64,000 nt of DNA from Candidatus Pelagibacter sp. (lineage in GTDB: Bacteria > Pseudomonadota > Alphaproteobacteria > Paracaedibacterales > CAIOTO01), in the NCBI GenBank assembly GCA_013823725.1, contig PNMQ01000002.1, positions 275,823-339,822 of the forward strand, in the 5' to 3' direction. Shown piece after piece: positions 51,411 through 62,151 of the stretch. Position numbers and translations under genes: made by a program. The notes under the pieces were generated by a model that was not told where the DNA came from, did no database searches, and worked only from the letters and a program-made list of their open reading frames with translations. Each line of letters opens with the position of its first letter. The stretch's first letter is position 1.

Positions 51411-51902
51411 CTAAGAAGCCACTTTGAGTTGATTTAATTCTTCTGTCTTTTCATTTTCGTCAAGCCTTGATAAGCAATCTACAAAATCTTGAGCACTAAC
51501 AAATTCCTGGTATATACTAGCAAACCTTATGTAGGCTACAGGATCAAGTTCTGCCAAAGATCGCATAACGCGCTCACCTATAGTTTGTGAAGATATATCG
51601 GACTCTCCAGTAATTTCGATTTTTCTAACGATACTATTGACGAGCCTTTCTATTTTATCCATATCCAGGGAATGTTTATGCATAGCAGAAGTCACAGAAC
51701 GTGCAATTTTATCGCGATCAAATGGTTCTGTTGATCCATCTTTTTTAATAACATTGATATCTCTTAGTTGAACACGTTCAAGTGTTGTAAATCGAGATCC
51801 ACATTCTGTACAAGAACGACGCCGTCTAATGGATGTATAATCATTTGCTGTGCGTGAATCTTTAACGACTGTGTCATTATGGTGGCAAAAAGGACATCTC
51901 AT
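51411..51902 (-). CDS. nrdR: Transcriptional repressor NrdR
   Basis: Zinc ribbon MRCPFC ... CTECGSRFTTLE plus an ATP-cone domain. Confidence 0.95.
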   Translation of the reverse strand: MRCPFCHHNDTVVKDSRTANDYTSIRRRRSCTECGSRFTTLERVQLRDINVIKKDGSTEPFDRDKIARSVTSAMHKHSLDMDKIERLVNSIVRKIEITGESDISSQTIGERVMRSLAELDPVAYIRFASIYQEFVSAQDFVDCLSRLDENEKTEELNQLKVAS

Positions 51903-51904
51903 AA

Positions 51905-53233
51905 TTACGTCACATTCGAAGTATAAAAAGGAAACTTTGCTAGCAATTCTAATGACTGAGCTTTTAAAGTTGTGATGTGCTGTTCAATTGAGCCATCTGC
52001 TATATGTTGTACTGTTTGTGCAATCATTTGACCAACTTTATAAAAATCATTTTCATCAAAACCACGCGTGGTACACGCTGCAGCGCCCAATCTAATACCA
52101 GAAGTAATAGATGCTGGTGTTGGATCAAAAGGGATACTGTTTTTATTACACGTAATATTTACTTGTTCTAAATAATGTTGAGCATCTTTACCATTGACAC
52201 CTTTAGATCTTAAATCAACAAGAATTAAATGAGAATCTGTTCCACCCGATACCAAATTTATACCACCTTCTTGAATAGCCTTACCCATAGATTTTGTGTT
52301 GGTTATAACTTGTTTAATATAATCTTTATATGCGGGCTGTAAAGCTTCGCCAAAGGCTACAGCCTTTGCAGCAATAACATGCATCAATGGCCCACCTTGA
52401 ATTCCAGGAAAAACGGCAGAATCTATTTTTTTAGCTAAATCTTCTTTATTAGTAAGAATAATTCCACCACGTGGACCACGAAGTGTTTTATGCGTTGTGG
52501 ATGTTACAACATCGGCATATTGAAAGGGAGAGGGATAAGATCCACCTGCAACAAGACCTGCAAAATGGGCCATATCTACCATTAAATATGCACCAACAGA
52601 ATCCGCTATTTCTCTAAATCTTTTGAAGTCAATAACGCGTGGATAGGCAGAACCACCAGCAATAATGAGTTTAGGTTTATGTTCTTGTGCCATTTTTTCA
52701 ACTTGGTCCATGTCTAAAACAAGTGTTTCTGGATCAACATCGTAAGAAACAGCATCAAACCATTTTCCAGATAATGTAACCTTAGAACCATGAGTTAGGT
52801 GACCACCAGAATTAAGAGACATGCCCATAATGGTGTCATGAGGTTTAAGGAGTGCTAGAAAAACAGCCTGATTTGCTTGTGAACCTGAATGAGGTTGAAC
52901 ATTAGCAAACCCACATCCAAATAATTCTTTTAGCCTTTTGATAGCGAGTTGCTCGACAACATCAACATATTCACAGCCACCATAATAACGCTTACAAGGA
53001 TATCCTTCAGCGTATTTGTTCGTCATCACAGAGCCTTGAGCTTGAAGAACAGCTTTCGATACAAAATTTTCTGAAGCAATAAGTTCTATTTGATCCTTTT
53101 GTCTCGAAAATTCATTTTCTATGGATTGAAACACAATATCATCAGAGTTAGATAGATCTTGATTAAAAAAAATATTCTTCTTATTTTCTGACTCTGTCAT
53201 ACAGGATGAATTCAGAATGTTATCGATAGTCAT
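51905..53233 (-). CDS. glyA: Serine hydroxymethyltransferase
   Basis: [23 protein letters not shown], and the PLP-lysine motif [22 protein letters not shown] Shine-Dalgarno sequence. Confidence 0.95.
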   Translation of the reverse strand: MTIDNILNSSCMTESENKKNIFFNQDLSNSDDIVFQSIENEFSRQKDQIELIASENFVSKAVLQAQGSVMTNKYAEGYPCKRYYGGCEYVDVVEQLAIKRLKELFGCGFANVQPHSGSQANQAVFLALLKPHDTIMGMSLNSGGHLTHGSKVTLSGKWFDAVSYDVDPETLVLDMDQVEKMAQEHKPKLIIAGGSAYPRVIDFKRFREIADSVGAYLMVDMAHFAGLVAGGSYPSPFQYADVVTSTTHKTLRGPRGGIILTNKEDLAKKIDSAVFPGIQGGPLMHVIAAKAVAFGEALQPAYKDYIKQVITNTKSMGKAIQEGGINLVSGGTDSHLILVDLRSKGVNGKDAQHYLEQVNITCNKNSIPFDPTPASITSGIRLGAAACTTRGFDENDFYKVGQMIAQTVQHIADGSIEQHITTLKAQSLELLAKFPFYTSNVT

Positions 53234-53396
53234 ATAGGCTCTCTCCTCTTATATTAACTTATATGTGATGTTTATAATAATAGGTAACAAAGAAAATTCT
53301 TGCAGATAGAACTGTATATCCTCGTGCATATTTCTTGAAAAAGTAATCTGATTATAGTTGAAATGAGTAACCCTTAAAATCTTCGCTCAGAAGCAA

Positions 53397-53471
53397 TGGT
53401 GCCGTAAGAGGGAATCGGACCCTCGACCTCACCCTTACCAAGGGTGTGCTCTACCACTAAGCTACTACGGC
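53397..53471 (-). tRNA. tRNA-Thr (anticodon GGU)
   Basis: The minus strand reads GCCGTAGTAGCTTAGTGGTAGAGCACACCCTTGGTAAGGGTGAGGTCGAGGGTCCGATTCCCTCTTACGGCACCA. Anticodon loop TTGGTAA. The T-loop reads TCCGATT (see findings). Confidence 0.9.
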
Positions 53472-53660
53472 TTTATACTTTAATATAATACTTAGATCAA
53501 TGAAAATCAATATTTTTTAATTCTTACACATTCCATTTTTTGTTCTAAACAAACGGTGGAATTCTTTTTTAAATTTAACATTTAGGTACGTGACTAGAAA
53601 TTGCAAAGTATACAACTGATAAAAAAACGATTATAATATTTTTTAAATGATGGAGATTTA

Positions 53661-54776
53661 ATGTTTTATAGAAAAAAAAGCGCTCATAAACATTTTGAAA
53701 TTTGGCCAGGATTTGTCGATGCACTTGCGACAGTCCTCATGGTTATTATTTTCGTTTTAATGACTTTTGTCATTTCTCAACTTTACTTGACTCAGGCGTT
53801 ACAAGGCAAAGAAGAACATGTTTCGAGTTTAGAAAAAAAAATTGGTTCCCTTCGTTTGCTTTTGACTGATCAAGATAAAATGAACCATAATTTAAAATTG
53901 AAATCTCAAGATCTAGATCACATGGTTGATGAATTAAGTAACAAACTTTCTTCAATTAATCAGCAATTCAAAAATCAATCCAACGCTTTAGACACAACCC
54001 AACAAGATCGAAATCGTCTTGCTAAAGACACACTTGAACTTAAAAATCAAATTCTAAAACTTAATTCTTCCCTCGATTTATTTGAATCCAGTCGTTCTGA
54101 AATTGAAGGAAAAATTAAAAATCTCAATTCTGTGCTACAAAATACTTATGAAGACCAGTTAGATGAGATTAGAAAACACGACGAACAAATTCGTAAACTA
54201 CGCGAAACCAATCGCGTGCTCATGATTGAAAAGACATCTCTTGAAAAGCAAAAAACAGAAGTATCGAAAAATTTTGACTTACTTACTCATGATCTAACAG
54301 AACTAAAGCAGCACAAAGAGCTAAGTCAATTTCGATCTGAATTTTTTGATAATTTAATTAAAATTTTAGGAAACAGAACAGATATACGAATCGTTGGAGA
54401 CAGATTTGTCTTTGAATCTGAAGTTTTATTTGAAAAAGCCTCCTCAGACCTTGGAGCAGACGGTAGAAAAGGTCTGGACGCTCTTGTATCTGCCTTAAAT
54501 GAAATAAGTCGCAAAATACCTTCTAATATTGCCTGGATACTTCGTGTAGATGGACATACAGATTCTATACCTATAAAGAATTCCAACTTCCCTTCAAACT
54601 GGGAACTATCAGCAGCTCGGTCTATTGCTGTTGTGAAATATCTTATTAGCAAAGGCATTCCGTCTGACAGATTGGTTGCTGCTGGTTTTGGAGAGCATCA
54701 GCCGATAGTATTTGGTAAAGCTGAAAAGGAACATGCTAAAAACAGACGTATTGAATTTAAATTAGATCAAAAGTAA
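53661..54776 (+). CDS. MotB-like membrane protein with long coiled coil and C-terminal OmpA/MotB peptidoglycan-binding domain
   Basis: MotB-type N-terminal TM (WPGFVDALATVLMVIIFVLM), about 230 aa of heptad-like Q/K/E/L-rich sequence, and an OmpA_C motif RVDGHTDSIPI ... NWELSAARSIAVVKYL ... NRRIEFKL. Confidence 0.75.
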   Translation: MFYRKKSAHKHFEIWPGFVDALATVLMVIIFVLMTFVISQLYLTQALQGKEEHVSSLEKKIGSLRLLLTDQDKMNHNLKLKSQDLDHMVDELSNKLSSINQQFKNQSNALDTTQQDRNRLAKDTLELKNQILKLNSSLDLFESSRSEIEGKIKNLNSVLQNTYEDQLDEIRKHDEQIRKLRETNRVLMIEKTSLEKQKTEVSKNFDLLTHDLTELKQHKELSQFRSEFFDNLIKILGNRTDIRIVGDRFVFESEVLFEKASSDLGADGRKGLDALVSALNEISRKIPSNIAWILRVDGHTDSIPIKNSNFPSNWELSAARSIAVVKYLISKGIPSDRLVAAGFGEHQPIVFGKAEKEHAKNRRIEFKLDQK

Positions 54777-54812
54777 AATAGTGTCATAAAACAAGAAAAC
54801 GGAAGATCAACC

Positions 54813-55034
54813 TTGAAAATTTTACATTTTATTTTATTATTAAACATATTAGTTTCTTGCAGTAATCAAGGAGAATATCCTGACATATACTCTAAAAATA
54901 ATACCCCTGCTGTACTAGGACAACCAAAAAACAGTGCTGAAGCACTAGAACAAGTCGGTAACAATCATCGTAGAAGTGCAAGATTTGAAGAGTTAATAGG
55001 TCGCAAAAATGAGCCTAATAATCGTTCTTGCTAA
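54813..55034 (+). CDS. Small putative lipoprotein, possibly the N-terminal remnant of a decayed gene
   Basis: 73-codon ORF with a TTG start preceded by GGAAG, and lipobox NILVSCS. It is in the same frame as the OmpA-domain fragment at 55155-55322. Confidence 0.4.
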   Translation: MKILHFILLLNILVSCSNQGEYPDIYSKNNTPAVLGQPKNSAEALEQVGNNHRRSARFEELIGRKNEPNNRSC

Positions 55035-55154
55035 TTTATGTTGCATTAATACTTATCCCAAATTTAATGATCTATCACACAAATAACAAACTGTTCATAA
55101 AGAGCAAAGAAAAAAAAATTGGATCGTTAATAAATTTGGCATCGAATTAAGTAT

Positions 55155-55322
55155 TCAGCTGCAGGATCTATCGCTATTGTGAAATATCTTATTAGCAAAG
55201 GCATTCCGTCTGACAGATTGGTTGCTGCTGGTTTTGGAGAGCATCAGCCGATAGTATTTGGTAAAAATGAAGCAGAACATGCCAAAAACAGACGTATTGA
55301 ATTTAAATTAGATCAAAAATAG
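55155..55322 (+). pseudogene. Duplicated 3-prime fragment of the MotB/OmpA-like gene (no start codon)
   Basis: Colinear, indel-free match to 54609-54776, including an identical 87-bp core (55179-55265 equals 54633-54719). Encodes SAAGSIAIVKYLISKGIPSDRLVAAGFGEHQPIVFGKNEAEHAKNRRIEFKLDQK and a stop. An in-frame TAA lies just upstream. Confidence 0.7.
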
Positions 55323-55405
55323 CTAAACATTAATTTTTTCTAATTTATTTATTGTTAATTTATTCATGCCATAATTGTCTATCTTTGAAAGAGCAGTCAT
55401 AAAAT

Positions 55406-56017
55406 ATGAAAACATTAAACTTTCTTTTTTTAATACTTTCAATATCGTTTACAGCTTCAAATTCTTCAGAAAATTATCCCTTTAATCGGATTGATACATC
55501 AAACTATTTGCACGATGATAATATAAGTATATCAAAGGACAATAAAGGCTTTCAGCATTTCAACAGACAGTTTTTATCACAAGATAACCCATTAGGATGT
55601 CATGAAATAATGGATTCACCATCTTACAAGAAATTTAAAAATGCGTGGGATGAAGAGTACAGAAATCGAGGAAATCAGGTGGTTATAACAGAAAATGAAT
55701 TTGCATTTTTTTATATTTTATTTAACGTTTATGATGAAGCGCATATGTCAAAAATTATCAAAATCATTCATAACCAAGGGTATAGATCAGATACACATTT
55801 TTACTACCTAACTAAAGTATTAGGTGATTTTTTAACTAAGGCCTTATATGGACAGAACAGCGAGATAAAAGAAAGAAAAATTAAAGAAAACCACCCTCAT
55901 GAATTTCCTGAAGCTGTTGAAATTTTTATTGGTGTATTTAAAATGAAATTTCGGGAAAACAGACAATATTATCTTGATATGCTGAAAAGCATTGAAAAAG
56001 GTGACAAACAATCATGA
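55406..56017 (+). CDS. Hypothetical exported protein
   Basis: 203-aa ORF with signal-like N-terminus MKTLNFLFLILSISFTASNS. No motif recognised. Confidence 0.55.
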   Translation: MKTLNFLFLILSISFTASNSSENYPFNRIDTSNYLHDDNISISKDNKGFQHFNRQFLSQDNPLGCHEIMDSPSYKKFKNAWDEEYRNRGNQVVITENEFAFFYILFNVYDEAHMSKIIKIIHNQGYRSDTHFYYLTKVLGDFLTKALYGQNSEIKERKIKENHPHEFPEAVEIFIGVFKMKFRENRQYYLDMLKSIEKGDKQS

Positions 56018-56059
56018 AAAACTTACTAATTTGATGTTTGTAAAAACTTTAAGTTCTCA

Positions 56060-57181
56060 TTAGAATTGGTCTTTACCATACCATATGAAACGTACCCTAT
56101 TTTGAACACCTGTCAAAATATCATAAGGTATATTAGATGTATAGGATGCAACTGTTTCAAGGGGCAAGCCTTCCCCCCACAAAATGACATGGTCACCAAT
56201 TTCAGGATGATACAATGGCTCTTGGCTGTATAATGGCCTTAAATCAACAGCCATCATATCCATAGCAACCCGGCCAATAATAGGACACAAAGTATTATGA
56301 ATTAAAACAGGGGTTCCATCCTTTGCTGTTATAGGGTAGCCATCACCGTATCCAAAAGCAATAATTCCCACTGGCATATCCTCAAGACAGGTATAACGCG
56401 CACCGTAACCAATTGTATCGCCTTTGTATTTACTTTTAATCGCAATTAGACTTGTCTGCAATGTCATCACAGGCTTAAGATTAAAGTCTTCTGCTTGCGT
56501 TCCTTTGATAGGACTGATGCCATACATGGATAATCCTGGACGAACATAATCTTCTTGGTACTGCGAAAAATTGAGTATTCCACCAGAATTTAACAGAGAA
56601 TATTGTAAATTATGATCTAAATGTGCATTTTTAATATGTTTAAATAAATCTAACTGCGTTTGATTTAAAGGATGTGATTTATCGTCACTGCAAGCAAAAT
56701 GAGACATGATGCATAGATTCGGTGCCACTTGAGGCATTGTAGATAGTTGATTAAAGACAGAAGGAAGTTCACAAACATCGAAACCTAAACGCCCAAGGCC
56801 AGTGTCAATTTTTAACCATACATTTAAAGGGAGAGGCAAATTCATGCGTGAAAGCCACTCTATCTGCTTGCGGTTATGAATAACAACATAGAAATGATGA
56901 GTAGAGGAAGAAACATATTCTGATGCTTCAAAAACGCCTTCACATAGTAAAATAGGTTTTTTAATTTGGATAGCACGCAGTGCTAGTGCTTCGTCAATGG
57001 ATGCTACGCCCAAAACATCAACATAAGGTTGTATACTTTGTGACACAGACCGCAAACCGTGGCCGTAACCGTTAGCTTTAACCATACCCACAATTTTGGA
57101 ATCTGGAACTTTCTGACGTAACTTTTTTATATTATGAATCAAATTATCTTTTGACAACAAAGCAACAGCGGTACGGCTCAT
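56060..57181 (-). CDS. alr: Alanine racemase
   Basis: PLP-lysine motif GMVKANGYGHG, and a C-terminal domain with the GYGDGYP pattern. Confidence 0.9.
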   Translation of the reverse strand: MSRTAVALLSKDNLIHNIKKLRQKVPDSKIVGMVKANGYGHGLRSVSQSIQPYVDVLGVASIDEALALRAIQIKKPILLCEGVFEASEYVSSSTHHFYVVIHNRKQIEWLSRMNLPLPLNVWLKIDTGLGRLGFDVCELPSVFNQLSTMPQVAPNLCIMSHFACSDDKSHPLNQTQLDLFKHIKNAHLDHNLQYSLLNSGGILNFSQYQEDYVRPGLSMYGISPIKGTQAEDFNLKPVMTLQTSLIAIKSKYKGDTIGYGARYTCLEDMPVGIIAFGYGDGYPITAKDGTPVLIHNTLCPIIGRVAMDMMAVDLRPLYSQEPLYHPEIGDHVILWGEGLPLETVASYTSNIPYDILTGVQNRVRFIWYGKDQF

Positions 57182-57224
57182 TTTTTGCTCCGGTGACTAT
57201 TCAGGATGATAGTCATTTAAAAAG

Positions 57225-57650
57225 TTAATCTTTTTTTTCTCTTAATTGAGCTGAAATTTCATCTATTTTAGTTAGCAAACGAGTTCTATTATCAAATTCA
57301 TCATCAATTCTAAAATTTATTTCTGGTGCATTTCTTAGCTGAATATTTTGTGCTATATATTTACGCACAAGCCCTCTTTGGGTTTTTAAAAATTCTAGAT
57401 TGTTCTTTTCATGTTCTGGCTGCGAATTTGAAATAAATACAGTAGCTCTTTTTAAATCTGGTGACACGTTAACATTGACAATGCTTACAAGACCTAAAAG
57501 CTTTATATATTCGCCAGTTGCTTTTGACTTTGCTGGATACCAATCTGCCCGTATAAACATTTGTGCAACAAAATAACGAATTTCTGATGACACTTTTTCT
57601 TGCCTATGGCTCTGAGCTTTTTTTGGAATAAAGAGTTGTAAATCTGACAT
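57225..57650 (-). CDS. rbfA: Ribosome-binding factor A
   Basis: Size and the pattern RQEKVSSEIRYFVAQMF ... VSIVNVNVSPDLKRATVFI. Conserved position after infB. Confidence 0.9.
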   Translation of the reverse strand: MSDLQLFIPKKAQSHRQEKVSSEIRYFVAQMFIRADWYPAKSKATGEYIKLLGLVSIVNVNVSPDLKRATVFISNSQPEHEKNNLEFLKTQRGLVRKYIAQNIQLRNAPEINFRIDDEFDNRTRLLTKIDEISAQLREKKD

Positions 57651-57667
57651 TCTATTTAAGCAACTTT

Positions 57668-60562
57668 CTATATTTCAAGTTTACGAGCAGTTTTTTCAAT
57701 TTCAAAACACTCGATGATATCACCAACTTTTAGATCATCATATTTATCAAGGACGATACCACATTCATAAGATTCTTTAGCTTCTTTAACTTCGTCTTTG
57801 AAACGACGTAGGGAAGATAATTCACCTTCATAAATAACAACACTATCACGCAGCAATCGAATTTTTGCACCACGCTTTACAACACCATCAAGGACATATG
57901 AACCAGCAACTTTCCCATCAACTTTTGAAATAACGAAAACATTTCTAACTTCAGCCGAACCTAAATATTTTTCGTTCAAGTCAGGAGATAATAACCCACC
58001 AAGCAAAGCTTTAACTTCGTTTAACATGTCATATATAACACCATAGTAGCGAATCTCGATGCCTTCTCGTTTTGCAAAATCTCGAGCTTGAGGTGTTGCA
58101 CGGATATTGAATCCAATGATAACACCACCTGATGCTTTAGCAAGAATAACGTCGCTTTCGCTGATAGCTCCTACTGCACCATGTAGCACTCTAGTTGATA
58201 CTTCTTCATTTTTCATTTTAGCAAGGCTAGTCATAATGGCTTCCAAAGAACCTTGAACGTCTGCTTTAATAACCATTGGCAATTCTTTAATGTCACCAGC
58301 AACTATTTTGCTCATGATATTTTCCATGCTGCCTTTAGTTTTCAAAATGGTTAGTTTTTCTCTAATTTTATGTTTTCTGTATTCAGCAATTTCGCGTGCT
58401 TTTTGTTCATTTTCGACAACAAAAAATTCATCACCAGCACAAGGTACATCATTAAAACCAAGAATAACAACAGGTTCTGATGGATAGGCCACCGTAACAC
58501 TTTTTCCATGGTCATTAACCATAGCTTTTACACGACCCCATTCTGCGCCAGCAAGAAACACATCACCAATTTTAAGAGTACCCTTTTGAACCAAAATTGT
58601 TGCAACTGGACCACGTCCTTTATCAATTTCAGCTTCAACAACAGCACCAACAGCTGCTCTATTAGAGTTTGCTGTTAATTCTAAAATTTCAGCTTGCAAC
58701 AAAATAACTTCTTCTAGTTTATCTAGATTGGTATTGTTTTTAGCAGATACTTCAACACACATCACGTCGCCACCAAATTCTTCTGCAACGATACCATGAT
58801 TCAAAAGTTCACTGCGTACGCGCTGTGCATCAGCACCTGGTTTATCCATTTTATTAATAGCAACAATGATAGGAACATTACCTGCTTTTGCATGGCTAAT
58901 AGCTTCTATTGTCTGCATCATGATACCGTCATCGGCAGCAACAACAATAACAACAATATCTGTAACGTTAACACCACGTGCTCTCATTTCGCTAAATGCT
59001 GCATGTCCTGGAGTATCGATGAAAGTGATCTTTTTACCCGATGACATTGTCACTTGATAAGCACCGATATGCTGTGTAATTCCACCAGCTTCACCACTTA
59101 CCACGTCTGTTTTTCTTAGTGCATCAAGCAGAGATGTCTTACCATGGTCAACGTGTCCCATGACCGTTACAACCGGAGCTCTGGATATCATGTCAATATC
59201 ATTATCTTGATATTCACCTAAACCAATTTCAATATCCGAATCAGCAACACGTTTTGCGTGATGGCCAAACTCTTGACAAATAAGTTCCGCAGTATCGGCA
59301 TCTAAAATTTGATTGATTGTAGCCATAACACCCAGTTTCATCAATGACTTTACAACTTCACCGCTTCTAACAGCCATTCTGTTTGCTAAATCACCAACTG
59401 TAATGGTTTCAGGAATAATAACTTCTCTTTGAATTTTTGCCGAATCAAGTTGGTTCTGTATATTCTTTTTTTGGTGCTTTTGCCTTGCTCTTCTAACGGA
59501 GGCCAAAGATCTTGATCTAACTTCATCTTCGTCTTCTAATACACGTGTTAGAACATTACGGTGAAGTTTCCTTGGTGCATCTGCACCAACTTTTTCTTTA
59601 ACAACACCTTTTTTATTGTCAACCTTAAATTCAACACTTTGTTGATCATCATCAATTGTTTTCTTTTTTGTTTTAATTCCTGTGCGATGTTCGCCTCTGT
59701 TTTTATCTAAAACGGCATCGATAACAATTGAATCAGCAGATCCAATGGGTGCTGTACCTGTCTTTGGACCGTAAGTACTAGACCTTAAAATGATAGGCTT
59801 AATTCCATCTTTTGAAGGTGGTCTAGGAGCATCTATTCTTTTCTTGTGATGAAAAGGTGCACTATCACTATAGGTTTTGGGACCTTTAGAAAAATCTTGT
59901 GATATTTCTTTTTTAGGATAACTGCTCAGTACTATTGGCGCTGTTTTTTCAAAAACTGGTTTTTCTCGATATTTTCTTTCAAACTTCAAACCATCTTCAA
60001 TAACAACTTTTTTAACTTCATCTCTAGCTATACGCGGTTCAGATTGTTTCGCTAATTCAGCTGTTGCAGACACTGTTGACCCAACATTTTGCTGAACCAC
60101 TGTTGAATTCGTTTCTGATGGAGCACTTTCGGTTGGCAGGGTATCAGAAGGAACATTCGACTCTGCACTTGCAACTAAAGCAGCATCATTAATACTTTTT
60201 TGAAGTATTAATTTCAGTCTTTCTTCTTCTTTTTGACGAATCATCGATTCTTTCAGAACCTGAATCCTGACATCCAATTCATTGGCTGTTAAATCAGTTG
60301 AAGAATCTTTAACTCTATTTTTTTGAGGGTACGTATCATTTCTTTTGTCTTTTGAGTATGTGCTTTTATTTGAATCAAATCGTTTTCTCTTCACTTCAAC
60401 CTCTATGGTTTTAGCTTTACTTCTTTGACCCATTTGCTGCTGGACTCTTTCTTTATCCAATGGACTTTTTGCATGCAAAGTCTTAGAAGATAAAGTAAGG
60501 GTACTTTTTGAAGCATTCTCACCAGAGGTTTTAGTATCGTTTTTGTCGTTCATTCTTATCAA
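57668..60562 (-). CDS. infB: Translation initiation factor IF-2
   Basis: GTPase motifs [20 protein letters not shown] and NKMDK. Long low-complexity N-terminus. 964 aa. Confidence 0.97.
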   Translation of the reverse strand: MIRMNDKNDTKTSGENASKSTLTLSSKTLHAKSPLDKERVQQQMGQRSKAKTIEVEVKRKRFDSNKSTYSKDKRNDTYPQKNRVKDSSTDLTANELDVRIQVLKESMIRQKEEERLKLILQKSINDAALVASAESNVPSDTLPTESAPSETNSTVVQQNVGSTVSATAELAKQSEPRIARDEVKKVVIEDGLKFERKYREKPVFEKTAPIVLSSYPKKEISQDFSKGPKTYSDSAPFHHKKRIDAPRPPSKDGIKPIILRSSTYGPKTGTAPIGSADSIVIDAVLDKNRGEHRTGIKTKKKTIDDDQQSVEFKVDNKKGVVKEKVGADAPRKLHRNVLTRVLEDEDEVRSRSLASVRRARQKHQKKNIQNQLDSAKIQREVIIPETITVGDLANRMAVRSGEVVKSLMKLGVMATINQILDADTAELICQEFGHHAKRVADSDIEIGLGEYQDNDIDMISRAPVVTVMGHVDHGKTSLLDALRKTDVVSGEAGGITQHIGAYQVTMSSGKKITFIDTPGHAAFSEMRARGVNVTDIVVIVVAADDGIMMQTIEAISHAKAGNVPIIVAINKMDKPGADAQRVRSELLNHGIVAEEFGGDVMCVEVSAKNNTNLDKLEEVILLQAEILELTANSNRAAVGAVVEAEIDKGRGPVATILVQKGTLKIGDVFLAGAEWGRVKAMVNDHGKSVTVAYPSEPVVILGFNDVPCAGDEFFVVENEQKAREIAEYRKHKIREKLTILKTKGSMENIMSKIVAGDIKELPMVIKADVQGSLEAIMTSLAKMKNEEVSTRVLHGAVGAISESDVILAKASGGVIIGFNIRATPQARDFAKREGIEIRYYGVIYDMLNEVKALLGGLLSPDLNEKYLGSAEVRNVFVISKVDGKVAGSYVLDGVVKRGAKIRLLRDSVVIYEGELSSLRRFKDEVKEAKESYECGIVLDKYDDLKVGDIIECFEIEKTARKLEI

Positions 60563-60580
60563 CCGATCGTAAATATTTTT

Positions 60581-62107
60581 TTAATCAAACCAATTCTCGC
60601 GGGCTTTCATGATTGCTGAATCTAGCTCTTCACGTGTCATTGGCACGTCACCGATCATTTCAATAACCTCATCAGAAGACAAGTCCGCAAAATCTTCAAG
60701 TTTTGTAACCCCAGCTTTAGCAAGAGCAGCAACTACTTTTGCAGGAAGAAGTTCTAGGTATACCAGAGATTCTTCAACTCCCTTTACCACACATTCTTCG
60801 CGCAATTTATCATCCATATTGTCTAATGCTTTTTGTGCACGAATAATAAGCTCTGCAGCAATATCTTCATCTAAACCTTCAATATCACCAATATCTGACG
60901 CTTCGCACATTGCCAAATCCTCAAGAGAATAAAAGCCTTCAACAACTAATAGTTGCGCCAGTGTTTCATCAACATCGAGATTTTCAATAAACAAGTTTGT
61001 TTGTCTCTCAAAATCTTTAGCTCTGCGTTCGCTATCTTCTTCTTCAGTAGTAATATCAATGTGCCATCCCGTTAACTGAGACGCCAATCTAACATTTTGT
61101 CCACGACGACCAATTGCTAGACTTAAATGGGTTTGAGGAACAACTACAGTAACTCTTTTAGTTTCTTCATCCATCATCACACGAACAACATCAGAAGGGG
61201 ACAAAGCATTAACAATAAAAGTGGCAGGATCTTCAGACCACATCACGATATCAACTTTTTCACCACCAAATTCATTGGATATGGATTGTATACGAGAACC
61301 CCTTACACCAACACATGAACCCACAGGATCAATAGATGCATCATCAGTGTGCACTGCGACTTTTGCTCGACTTCCAGGATCACGCGAAACGCTTTTTATT
61401 TCGATCACACCATCATAAACTTCAGGAATTTCTTGCTCAAAAAGCTTCGCCATAAAATGAGAATGAACGCGTGAAGTAATAATCATTGGACCTTTAGCAT
61501 CAGGTCTAATTTCTGTTATAAGAACACGAACCCTATCTCCGACGCGGAAATTCTCACGAGCGATCAAGTCCTCTTTTCGAAGAGCACCTTCACCACGACC
61601 TAAATCCAAAACAATGTTACCTATATCAACTCTTTTAACAAGACCACTAACAATCTCGCCAACACGATCTTTAAACTCTTGATATATATGCGTTCTTTCA
61701 GCTTCGCGAACTTTTTGCACAATAATCTGCCGTGCGCTTTGCGCCATCATTCGACCAAACTCCACAGGAGGGAGTTCATCTATAATTTCATCATCGATAG
61801 AAGCATTGGGATCAATCAAAACAGCCTGATAAAGAGACAATTCATTTTCCTCATCAACAACTTCCTCAACTACAAAACGTGATCTACAAATTGTAAATGC
61901 ACCAGTTGAGCGATCGATCGATACGATAATATTGCTTTCTTGACCATATTTTGCTTTAGCAGATTTCAAAATAGCTGCCTCTAATGCAGACAAGACTTCA
62001 TCTTTATCTATATTTTTCTCTCGAGCAACAGCATCTGCCACAAGCAATAACTCGTGTCTTTGCTGTGGGACAATAACTTTAGATGGGTTTATCTTTCTAC
62101 TTACCAA
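60581..62107 (-). CDS. nusA: Transcription termination/antitermination factor NusA
   Basis: S1 domain, KH motifs (IGRRGQNVRLASQLTGW) and C-terminal acidic HhH repeats. TTG start. Confidence 0.95.
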   Translation of the reverse strand: MVSRKINPSKVIVPQQRHELLLVADAVAREKNIDKDEVLSALEAAILKSAKAKYGQESNIIVSIDRSTGAFTICRSRFVVEEVVDEENELSLYQAVLIDPNASIDDEIIDELPPVEFGRMMAQSARQIIVQKVREAERTHIYQEFKDRVGEIVSGLVKRVDIGNIVLDLGRGEGALRKEDLIARENFRVGDRVRVLITEIRPDAKGPMIITSRVHSHFMAKLFEQEIPEVYDGVIEIKSVSRDPGSRAKVAVHTDDASIDPVGSCVGVRGSRIQSISNEFGGEKVDIVMWSEDPATFIVNALSPSDVVRVMMDEETKRVTVVVPQTHLSLAIGRRGQNVRLASQLTGWHIDITTEEEDSERRAKDFERQTNLFIENLDVDETLAQLLVVEGFYSLEDLAMCEASDIGDIEGLDEDIAAELIIRAQKALDNMDDKLREECVVKGVEESLVYLELLPAKVVAALAKAGVTKLEDFADLSSDEVIEMIGDVPMTREELDSAIMKARENWFD

Positions 62108-62151
62108 AATAGGCCTCTCAATAATATTTGCGTTAGCTCAAAAATACTTAA

